Source of the DNA: Rhodoglobus sp.
GTDB lineage: Bacteria > Actinomycetota > Actinomycetes > Actinomycetales > Microbacteriaceae
Length of the DNA: 64,000 bases
NCBI GenBank assembly: GCA_965227655.1
Contig: OZ245765.1
Span: 2,393,724-2,457,723 of the forward strand
Direction: 5' to 3'
In this document: piece by piece, positions 18,815 through 26,667 of the stretch
Numbering within the stretch: position 1 is the stretch's first letter
How the letters are laid out: each line of letters opens with the position of its first letter
Notes under the pieces: generated by a model
What the model was told of the DNA's origin: nothing
Seen by the model: the letters and a program-made list of their open reading frames with translations, nothing else
Database searches by the model: none
Made by a program: the position numbers and the translations under genes

Positions 18815-19219
18815 ATGAGCGATTCTACGGGACTGACCAAAGACGCCGGGTGGGAAGTGGGCGTTCGCACGACGGTAGCAGCGCCCGTGCGGGCGGTGTG
18901 GGATTTCCTGCTCGGGGAGGGTCTGCCGCTGTGGCTGGGCGAGATCCGGTCGTTGCCCACCGAGAAGGGCGCGAACTACTCGACGGCCGATGGCGTGCGC
19001 GGGAGCATCCGGAGCTTCACCGACGGCTATCGGGTTCGGCTCGGCTGGCAGCCGGATGACTGGCCGCACGACACCACGCTGCAACTGACCCTCAAGGAGT
19101 CGGCAACGGGTACCAGTGTCGCCTTCCACCAGGAGCACCTCGCCGACCGCGACGAGCGCCGCATGATGCTCGGCCACTGGAAGAGCGTGGCAGCGGTTAT
19201 CGAGAAGCACTTCTCCTGA
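18815..19219 (+). CDS. SRPBCC/AHSA1-like domain protein
   Basis: KDAGWEVGVRTTVAAPVRAVWDFL...FHQEHL...GHW; start trimmed to MSDSTG. Confidence 0.8.
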   Translation: MSDSTGLTKDAGWEVGVRTTVAAPVRAVWDFLLGEGLPLWLGEIRSLPTEKGANYSTADGVRGSIRSFTDGYRVRLGWQPDDWPHDTTLQLTLKESATGTSVAFHQEHLADRDERRMMLGHWKSVAAVIEKHFS

Positions 19220-19667
19220 CGGTCCGCTGCTCCCAGCGGATCGCGTTCGCCGCACTGAACTTCGTGGAGCACTTGCCGCACGACAGGGCCCGCGCGGGCT
19301 TGCGGTAGCGGTAGTGCAGGTGGCCAGCTGGACACGTGCCCACCCACGGCGCGAACTCGTTGGCGATCTCGCCGTCGTGCAGCCGCTTGCCTTCGTAGCC
19401 GAGGTCTTTCGCCACGGCCTTCCACTTCGGGCCGTGGCCCGCGCGCGTGCCCGCGATAGCGTGCGCGACCTCGTGCAGGAGCACCTGGTGGATCTCGTCG
19501 TCCTCGTACCGCGCAGCCAGATACTTCGACACCGAGATGCGCTTGTCGGTGTAGTTGCACAGCCCCGCGCGGGTCTTGGCGTTGTCGAAGCGGAACGTCC
19601 AGCTGCGGTCGAGGTGCAGGTCGATCAGGGCGTTCGCCCACGTCGTCACCCTGCTCAACTCAGCCAC
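19197..19667 (-). CDS. SprT-like zinc metalloprotease domain protein
   Basis: FDNAKTRAGLC, LLHEVAHA (HExxH), GHG..WK, CPAGH...CGKC. Confidence 0.9.
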   Translation of the reverse strand: MAELSRVTTWANALIDLHLDRSWTFRFDNAKTRAGLCNYTDKRISVSKYLAARYEDDEIHQVLLHEVAHAIAGTRAGHGPKWKAVAKDLGYEGKRLHDGEIANEFAPWVGTCPAGHLHYRYRKPARALSCGKCSTKFSAANAIRWEQRTVRRSASR

Positions 19668-19676
19668 CCGTCGAGG

Positions 19677-20714
19677 TTAACCCCTCGCCAGGACATCGGT
19701 CGGCACCTGCACGATGCGGTCGTCTCCCTCGCGCGGCGAACCCCTGCCGTCCGTGTTGTTGGTGAGTATCCACACCGTGCCGTCGGGACCGGCGACCACA
19801 TCGCGCAGGCGCCCGTACGTTCCGACGAGTGCTGGCGTCGACGTGCCCGCCGGATCGATAACCCACAGCCGCTGTCCGCGCAGCGACGCGAGGTAGAACA
19901 GCCCGTCGGCGTAGGCGAGACCGCTGGGGCTCGCCTCATCCGTGTTCCACTGCACTACTGGGTCGAGGTAATCGGGGTTGCCCGCGATGCCCTCCACCAC
20001 GGGCCAGCCGTAGTTGCCACCGGCCTCGATACGGTTGAACTCGTCCCACGTGTCCTGCCCGAACTCGGCAGCCCACAGCTGGCCGGCGGCATCCCACGCG
20101 ATGCCCTGCGGATTGCGGTGGCCCATCGAGTAGACGGGGGAGCCGGGGAACGGGTTGTCCGCCGGGATCCCACCGTCGGGCTGGATGCGGAGGATCTTGC
20201 CGTTCGGGCTGTTCCTGTCCTGCGCCCGCTGGGGATCGCCCGCGTCGCCGACCGTCACGTAGAGGTCGCCATCCGGACCGATCTTGATACGCCCGCCGTT
20301 GTGGTTGCCCGCCTTCGCGAGCCCCTCGAGGATGACCGTGCCAGAGCCCAGCGAGTAGCCACCGGGCCCGCCCTCGAGCGGGAAGCTCTCGACCCGGTTA
20401 TCGTCGGCGGCCGTGTAGTACGCGAAGAGGGTGCCGTCGTCGAGCTCGATGCCGAGCAGCCCGCCCTCGCCGCCTGGCACGGCCTCGGCGAGGGTCGCGA
20501 CCTCGCGCAACTGCCCGTCGGCAGTGAGTTCCCGGATGCTCGCGCTGTCGCGCTCGCTCACGAGAGTCGACCCGCTCGCGAGCCTCACCATCGACCACGG
20601 AGCGGCGAGGCCGGTGACCACCTCGGTGGTCTCCGCCGGAACAGGGGACGGCGCCGGGGCGGCCGCGCATCCGGCGAGCAGCAGGACTGACAGGGCTACG
20701 GCGGCGATCCTCAT
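19677..20714 (-). CDS. PQQ-dependent sugar dehydrogenase (glucose/sorbosone family) lipoprotein
   Basis: Lipobox LLAGC; GEGGLLG, HNGGRIKIGPDG.LY...GD, GHRNPQG, GNYGWP. Confidence 0.9.
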   Translation of the reverse strand: MRIAAVALSVLLLAGCAAAPAPSPVPAETTEVVTGLAAPWSMVRLASGSTLVSERDSASIRELTADGQLREVATLAEAVPGGEGGLLGIELDDGTLFAYYTAADDNRVESFPLEGGPGGYSLGSGTVILEGLAKAGNHNGGRIKIGPDGDLYVTVGDAGDPQRAQDRNSPNGKILRIQPDGGIPADNPFPGSPVYSMGHRNPQGIAWDAAGQLWAAEFGQDTWDEFNRIEAGGNYGWPVVEGIAGNPDYLDPVVQWNTDEASPSGLAYADGLFYLASLRGQRLWVIDPAGTSTPALVGTYGRLRDVVAGPDGTVWILTNNTDGRGSPREGDDRIVQVPTDVLARG

Positions 20715-20840
20715 GTCTCCATCCCACCGGGTTCTGGCGCGAAGCGCACCCCCTTGCCGCGTGAACAACTCAGGCACGATCGGGGCGTCGGGGGCGCTGA
20801 GCCCGACTGGTGCCGGTTCTGCCTGAGTTGTTGACACCCA

Positions 20841-21707
20841 CTACTCGGCTCCGGGCTTGGCCAGGAAGATGTTCTTCGCGGGCGGCGGGGACTGGATGGC
20901 CGTGGCATCCGTCACGACGGACGCCCCCGCGATGAACTCCCGCAGTTCGGAGTCGTGCACGATCTTCGACGGGTGCGGACCCGCGGCCAGCAGGCGCGCC
21001 ATCCACGAGTACGGCAGCTCCTCCGACGAGCCCACCATGACGAGGTTGCCGAACCGCTTGCCCTTCAAGATCTGGGTCTCGGCGAGCACGGCGACCGTGG
21101 GGAGAACGGACGAGATGGTCGCGGCCTGCGAGCGCGCAAACGCGAGGCCGGGCCCGTCGGCGACATTGGCGAGGATGATCCCGCGGGGCGACAGCAGCGC
21201 GACGGCGAGCCTGTAGAACTCGATGCTCGTGACGTGGGCGGGGGTTCGGGCGCCGCTGAACACGTCGACGACGACGAGGTCGACGGTGCCGTGCAGACCC
21301 TGTGGCAGCTTGCCGAGCACTTCGCGAGCGTCCCCGTGGCGGATGCGGATCTGGGCTTTCTTCGACCACGGCAGTTCTGTGCGCACGAGGTCGACGATGT
21401 CGGGCTCGATCTCGACAACCTGCTGCCGTGATCCGGGGCGGGTGGCCTCGATGTAGCGGGGGAGCGTGAGGGCGCCCGCGCCGAGGTGCACGGCGGTGAT
21501 GGGCTCGCCGGGCATCCCGATCTGGTCGATCACATGCCCCATGCGCTGGATGTACTCGAAGAACAGGTCGGCGGGATCGTCGAGGTTCACGTGCGACTGC
21601 GGCGTGCCGTTCACGGTGAGGGTGAAGGCGCCGGGAACCCAGCGGTCGGCAGTGATGGTGGCGAGGTGACCACTGCCGCTCAGTACCCGGCTCGGATTCT
21701 CGCTCAT
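20841..21707 (-). CDS. Spermidine synthase-like SAM-dependent methyltransferase fold protein
   Basis: QSHV, VHLGAGALTLPRY, VEIEPD, RHGDAR, DLVVVDVF. Confidence 0.85.
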   Translation of the reverse strand: MSENPSRVLSGSGHLATITADRWVPGAFTLTVNGTPQSHVNLDDPADLFFEYIQRMGHVIDQIGMPGEPITAVHLGAGALTLPRYIEATRPGSRQQVVEIEPDIVDLVRTELPWSKKAQIRIRHGDAREVLGKLPQGLHGTVDLVVVDVFSGARTPAHVTSIEFYRLAVALLSPRGIILANVADGPGLAFARSQAATISSVLPTVAVLAETQILKGKRFGNLVMVGSSEELPYSWMARLLAAGPHPSKIVHDSELREFIAGASVVTDATAIQSPPPAKNIFLAKPGAE

Positions 21708-21857
21708 GCTCCGAGGCTAGCCGACCGCGTGGCGGAGCCTCGGTGGCCGACGAGCGCGCAAGTTCGATACAACTTCTTCGTAGTAGTTGCTTAAATCTCA
21801 ACATTGTGGGGAGTATGGAGAGGATCCGAATTTCGACGAGGAATGAGGTAGGGGAAC

Positions 21858-22094
21858 ATGCAAACGATCGCTGAAGCATGGATTTTGGGCGAGGACTGGG
21901 GTATCGGCACCGATGTGTGGCCGTCGCCCATCGAGCCGTCGGGCTCGTACCTGAACCTTCAGGCGCCTCAGATGCCCGGCATGAGCAACTTCACGCTGGT
22001 GGACTGTGCTACGGCATCCGCCGTGTGCATGTCCACCTACTGCACGACCAGACTGGGCTCCTGTATAGGGACCAAGGGAGTCTGCGGCTGCTGA
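21858..22094 (+). CDS. Putative lanthipeptide precursor (LanA), 78 aa
   Basis: Purine-rich RBS (GAGGTAGGGGAAC-ATG); N-half has no Cys; residues 43-78 carry 6 Cys and 10 Ser/Thr; 67 bp upstream of LanM on the same strand. Confidence 0.85.
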   Translation: MQTIAEAWILGEDWGIGTDVWPSPIEPSGSYLNLQAPQMPGMSNFTLVDCATASAVCMSTYCTTRLGSCIGTKGVCGC

Positions 22095-22161
22095 GCCACT
22101 TGCCGCTCCCCGGCCAGACCCGCGAGTGTCATGTGAGCCTGCGTCGGGGAGGTGAGGGCGC

Positions 22162-25002
22162 GTGACTCCTCCGAGTGGGTCGCTCAGTGCCTCCGACCGC
22201 GAGCGTGCGCGGTTGGTGCCGCCCCCCATCTTCGTCGCCGCGGAGAAGCATTCGGAGTCGCTCGAAGCAATGGCGGCGCACACGATTACCGCGCGATGGA
22301 TTGAACGCGCCATGCGGGGGCTCGGGCCAGGTGCCGACCTTCCCTATGACCACGTCAGGGCTGCCCTGAGCGCGGAACTCACGGGCATGATGATGCGTTC
22401 GCTCGTCCTGGAGCTCGCTCTGGCGAACCGCGTCGGTGTCTTACCCGGCACTCTCCACGAGCAATATCGTTCGTTCTTCGGTGATCGATCGCTGGATGCC
22501 CTCATCGATTACTTGTCCCGGAAGTATCCGGCCCTTGCTGCTCTTGTCGACCATCGGGTCGCGTCGGCGGTCCGCTACTGCGATGTGGTTGAAGGCCTGT
22601 GGCGTGACGATCGCGCGGCCCTCTCGCCTGGATTGGTCGAGGATGGCGCCGAGATCATCGACCTCGAACCTCTCGGCGACACCCATGAGCACGGAATTCG
22701 CTCGGGCAAAGTGCACCTTTCTTCCGGTGAGGCCGTTGCCTTCAAGCCGTCCAGCGCTCGGCCACAAGGCTTTCTGACACGGTTCGGTGCTATCGCGCTG
22801 TCAGGCCGGAACATCCTGCAGGTCCCTAAGACCGTGGCCAGAGGCTCGCACCACTGGCAGAGATGGGAGAGCGGCGACGACCTCGTTGACGAGGATTCCG
22901 CGGTAGCCGCACAGACGTTCGGTCGCTGGCTCGCGATCGCCCATTTGACCGGAACAACGGATCTTCACTACGAGAACTTCATCGTGGGTCGTGCCGGTAT
23001 CCTCGCCGTCGATCTCGAAACGGTCGCCTCTGCGCAGCTGAGAATCGACGATGCACCTGTGGATAGTCGCGATGATCTAGCGAGAACCCTGATTCTGCCT
23101 TTCCGCATGGGCGGTGTCGACAACGTGCCGGGTCCGAACTGGGGCGCTTGGGGCGGTGATCATCGGTCGGCTGCGGGATTCCCCCGCTTCATGCTCGACA
23201 ACGACGAGACACCGCACATCAGGCTGCGGCAAGTGCTCGTCGATGCGGAGGAGCGCAGCCAGGTGGATCTCGCGGAGGTCCGGCGATCGATTGCCGCGTA
23301 TCCGCTCTTCCGCGAAGGCTTCATCGAGGCGATGCGCTCGGCGCGGGCGAACGCCACAGCCTTGTCTGCTCTGATCGGGTCGCAGGGTGGCATGAGATCG
23401 CGGGTGGTCCTGCGCGCGACGCAGACCTATTACGAGTCGATAGCGAAGGCCACACATCCGGTCGAATTGCTCAGTCGCCGTCGATTTCGAGCCGCGCTCG
23501 AAGGCAATCTGCCCGTCGCCCACCTCGAGGGTCTGATACCGGCCGAGCTCGCCTTACTCTCGCGGGGTGAGATCCCGCGTTTCCATGCCAAGTTCGACCA
23601 GTCGTCCGTTCGGGGTGTCGCCCTGGACTCGCCTGCGACCGTGATCCGGCGTCGGATGGACGCTTTGGTCAACGGCGGGGACCACATGCTCACGCTGTTC
23701 GAGCAGGACATCGAGGCACACGTGGTCGCGTTCAGCTTCTTGGGCGAGCTGCCCGCAGCCGCGGAAACGCGCGAGGCTGAGGAGAGTCTCCCGCCGGCGT
23801 CGGCAGCAATCGCGGCGAGCGTGGCCGCGATGCGTGTTGTGGGTAGCTCGTGGCCGACGAATCCGCGCACGTGGAGCAACGTGAACCCCACGATGTCGGG
23901 CTTATGGGCCCGAGAGAGATCCATGCCCAACTTCTACTCCGGAATGCCCGGAGTATACGTGTCGCTGAGCATGGCGAATCAGGCGGAAGCGGGAAGAGTC
24001 CCTCCCGAGTTCGTCACTGGCCTGGCGCACGAGATTCTGAACCTGTCTGTTGAGCCACCGAAGGACCTTGCGAATCCAGGAGCCTTCGCGGGATACGGCG
24101 GTGTCGCCTACGCCCTCGGGAGAGCCGTTCTCGCGGAGGATGTGACTCTCGAGGACGGGGTGGCGGGCTTGGCCAGTCTGAGCCGCACGATCGAGGAGAG
24201 CGTGCGGGAGGACGCCTGCTTTGACCTTATCGCTGGAGCGGCAGGCGCGGTCGCCGTATTCGCGGAACTCGTGCGCTGCGGTGTCTTGTCGGTCGAGAAC
24301 GGCGCCGAGGTCGTCGAACCCGCGATCAACCACCTGAAACTGAATGCGATGGAACATCCGGACGGACTGGTCTGGCCCAACGTTCTCTGGGACGGTGATT
24401 GGGTGAGCGGGCTCAGCCACGGGGGTGTAGGCATTGGCTGGGCGCTGCGGCGTTGGGCTCGCGTCTCGGGGGACTCCGAAGCCGAACGTATTGCCAGCGC
24501 TGCCATCGGCGTCCAGGACGGGCTCCGTGATGGGCAGTTCCACTGGCGGGAAAAGAAGCCGACCGCGCGCGTGCCCGACGAGAATCAGACATCCTGGTGC
24601 CACGGGTCGCAGGGGGTTCTGTTGTCGGTGCTCGACGATGAACCGCTCGATGCCCAGGGTTTGGCGCAGTTCGCCACGGACTCTCATGCGGTGCCGCTGC
24701 CGAAGTTGTCGGGCCTGTGCCATGGTGCGGCCGGTCAGCTCGTCTTGCTCCAGCGCATGCATGACCGTGCGAGGGCCCTCGGGCTGACGATTCCCGAACC
24801 ACTCTCCGCGTCGATTCAGGAGATCACCGAGAGTTTGACAGCGACAGTGTCGCGTAGGCGCGTCGTCGGAGTGGATGCTCCCGACTTGTGGAGCGCATCT
24901 CTGATGACCGGCCAAGCCGGGATCGTGCATGCGCTCTCAGTGGTTGGATCACTGGATTCCTCCCGTGAGCCGACGGTGCTCCTCCTCGAGTTGGCTCGAT
25001 GA
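22162..25002 (+). CDS. lanM: Class II lanthipeptide synthetase LanM (DUF4135 dehydratase + LanC-like cyclase)
   Basis: GDTH, FKP, TDLHYEN, VDLET, RVVLRATQTY, ELALLSRGEIPRF; cyclase GLSHG, WCHG, LCHG, SLMTGQAGI; GGAGGT RBS. Confidence 0.93.
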   Translation: MTPPSGSLSASDRERARLVPPPIFVAAEKHSESLEAMAAHTITARWIERAMRGLGPGADLPYDHVRAALSAELTGMMMRSLVLELALANRVGVLPGTLHEQYRSFFGDRSLDALIDYLSRKYPALAALVDHRVASAVRYCDVVEGLWRDDRAALSPGLVEDGAEIIDLEPLGDTHEHGIRSGKVHLSSGEAVAFKPSSARPQGFLTRFGAIALSGRNILQVPKTVARGSHHWQRWESGDDLVDEDSAVAAQTFGRWLAIAHLTGTTDLHYENFIVGRAGILAVDLETVASAQLRIDDAPVDSRDDLARTLILPFRMGGVDNVPGPNWGAWGGDHRSAAGFPRFMLDNDETPHIRLRQVLVDAEERSQVDLAEVRRSIAAYPLFREGFIEAMRSARANATALSALIGSQGGMRSRVVLRATQTYYESIAKATHPVELLSRRRFRAALEGNLPVAHLEGLIPAELALLSRGEIPRFHAKFDQSSVRGVALDSPATVIRRRMDALVNGGDHMLTLFEQDIEAHVVAFSFLGELPAAAETREAEESLPPASAAIAASVAAMRVVGSSWPTNPRTWSNVNPTMSGLWARERSMPNFYSGMPGVYVSLSMANQAEAGRVPPEFVTGLAHEILNLSVEPPKDLANPGAFAGYGGVAYALGRAVLAEDVTLEDGVAGLASLSRTIEESVREDACFDLIAGAAGAVAVFAELVRCGVLSVENGAEVVEPAINHLKLNAMEHPDGLVWPNVLWDGDWVSGLSHGGVGIGWALRRWARVSGDSEAERIASAAIGVQDGLRDGQFHWREKKPTARVPDENQTSWCHGSQGVLLSVLDDEPLDAQGLAQFATDSHAVPLPKLSGLCHGAAGQLVLLQRMHDRARALGLTIPEPLSASIQEITESLTATVSRRRVVGVDAPDLWSASLMTGQAGIVHALSVVGSLDSSREPTVLLLELAR

Positions 25003-25009
25003 GGTTCTC

Positions 25010-25768
25010 CTAGCCGCCCTGCGTGAAACTCTTGAGCACCTGCACGATTGTCGCGCCGCCGCTCAGGGTGTCGGGAACCTCGGTGCGCACCGGGCCCACG
25101 CCGTCGGCGAGCCATGTCGTCGCGTTGATGACGAGGCCCTCCACGCCGAGCTCCGGCAGCGAGATCGTGAGCGTCTGCGCGAGCTTGCGCGCCGAGTAGC
25201 TGCCCGCGGGGACGGTCACATCCTCGAGGCCGGCTCCTGCGATCGAGAAGTCGACGACCTCGTTGACCGTGGACGCGCTCGTCACGACCGTGGCCTCGAT
25301 GGTTCCCGTCTGGGGTGTGCCCGCCTCGAACTCGGCGTCGCTCGGCCACGTCATCGTGCCGCTCTTGACGGTGACGGTGCTGCCGCCCGCGGTCGGAATC
25401 GACTGGAAGGGCACGCTCAGCGACCCGTCCGCCGCGAACACGTAGTCGATGGTGTCGACGAGCTGCGGCTGCGATCCGTCGTCCCACACGAATGTGCGCT
25501 CGATGGTCACGCGCGCGCCGTCGCCCTCGGGTACGACCGAGGTCATGACCTCGGTGTCGGTCACCGTCGACCCGGTGCCGTAGTCGATCGAGTAGACCCA
25601 CGTGTTGCCCTCGCCCACGGGGTAGTAGATGCTCGCGATGCTGGCGCCGGCCGACCCCGTCGGGGCGCCCGTCGTCGCACCGGTCGGGTCGCTCGTAGCG
25701 GCGGGGCCGGCGGGGGTGCATCCGGCGAGCAGGGCGACGGTCACTACGGCAAGCGCTGCGAGTCTCAT
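25010..25768 (-). CDS. Hypothetical lipoprotein, beta-rich (DUF3108-like is a guess)
   Basis: Lipobox LLAGC; YYPVGEGNTWVY; EDVTVPAGSY; TWLADGVGPVRTE. Confidence 0.8.
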   Translation of the reverse strand: MRLAALAVVTVALLAGCTPAGPAATSDPTGATTGAPTGSAGASIASIYYPVGEGNTWVYSIDYGTGSTVTDTEVMTSVVPEGDGARVTIERTFVWDDGSQPQLVDTIDYVFAADGSLSVPFQSIPTAGGSTVTVKSGTMTWPSDAEFEAGTPQTGTIEATVVTSASTVNEVVDFSIAGAGLEDVTVPAGSYSARKLAQTLTISLPELGVEGLVINATTWLADGVGPVRTEVPDTLSGGATIVQVLKSFTQGG

Positions 25769-25794
25769 GCTCCCCAGATTAAGGCCGGATCAGC

Positions 25795-26442
25795 TCACGC
25801 GAGGGTAGGGAAAGCGCTGGACAGTACGCCGTCCACCGCGGCGATACTCGCGGCCAGGCGCTGCTCGCGCGGGCCCGTGATGAGCCGCCACGGCTCACCG
25901 CGGCGCTCGAGCTCCTCGACGAACCAGCGCTGCATGTCGTCGCGGAAGCTCTCGCCATCACGGATGCCGTCCTGTTCGAAGGGCACCCCGACCACGTCGG
26001 CGAGCAGATAGAGGGCGCGCGGCGGGGAGACCGGCACCGCCTCCAGGGCCGCGGTCGACGCGTCGCCGAGGTAGCGCCGTTCCCACAGCTGGGTGGCGAA
26101 CGCGTCGGTGTCGCAGAACAGCACGGGCGATCCGGATGCGGCGGCCTCATCCTCGAGGCGCTGCTGTTCGAGTGCGATCACCGCGAAGTCGTGTGGCCCC
26201 CACTCTGCGCTCGCGGCCTCGCCGTCTGCGGCGACGGATCCCTGTCGCTCGAGCAGTACCTCGGTGTACTCACGTCCGTACTCGGCAACCCACTTCGTGT
26301 CGGCCCAGATGCCGCCGATGGCACGGTAGCGGCCGACGAGTTCGCGAGCGAGCGTGGTCTTGCCCGTCGATTCGGAGCCCACGATCACGACCCTCGCGGT
26401 GAGGTCTGCGCGCTCGTCGGGGGTGAGTTTCAGCCAGTCCAT
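25795..26442 (-). CDS. NadR-type ribosylnicotinamide kinase-like P-loop protein (AAA_28)
   Basis: VIVGSESTGKTTL, EYGREY, LFCDTD, PFEQDGIR. Confidence 0.85.
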   Translation of the reverse strand: MDWLKLTPDERADLTARVVIVGSESTGKTTLARELVGRYRAIGGIWADTKWVAEYGREYTEVLLERQGSVAADGEAASAEWGPHDFAVIALEQQRLEDEAAASGSPVLFCDTDAFATQLWERRYLGDASTAALEAVPVSPPRALYLLADVVGVPFEQDGIRDGESFRDDMQRWFVEELERRGEPWRLITGPREQRLAASIAAVDGVLSSAFPTLA

Positions 26443-26667
26443 CGCCGCTTATAGCCCATTCTCAGAATCAGGTCAAGAAATAAGTTGCATAGGCGCGTCG
26501 TTACGTCCTATAGTTGATCCTTGCGCTCCCAGACAACTCATGCCGTCATATTGTGGACAGCTGGCGCGCCCCGAGTATAGCGGCGGGGCAAATCTCTCTT
26601 GGGTTCTGGTGAGCATTTCATTACCGACAGTTATGGTCCACTCCACGGGCCCACGGAGGTTATTTCC

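Noticed and set aside
21878-22165. 95-aa alternative-frame ORF overlapping the precursor, and 21798..22313 on the minus strand
   Set aside because: No RBS or motif. The 78-aa frame has the RBS and the leader/core partition expected beside LanM.
25010-25768. Lipoprotein as LanI-type immunity protein
   Set aside because: Convergent orientation and host-like high-GC codon usage place it outside the island. Not excluded, but unsupported.
26652-26660. CACGGAGG upstream of rpoB as a CsrA site
   Set aside because: Single site fully explained by the GGAGG Shine-Dalgarno, with no second GGA hairpin.
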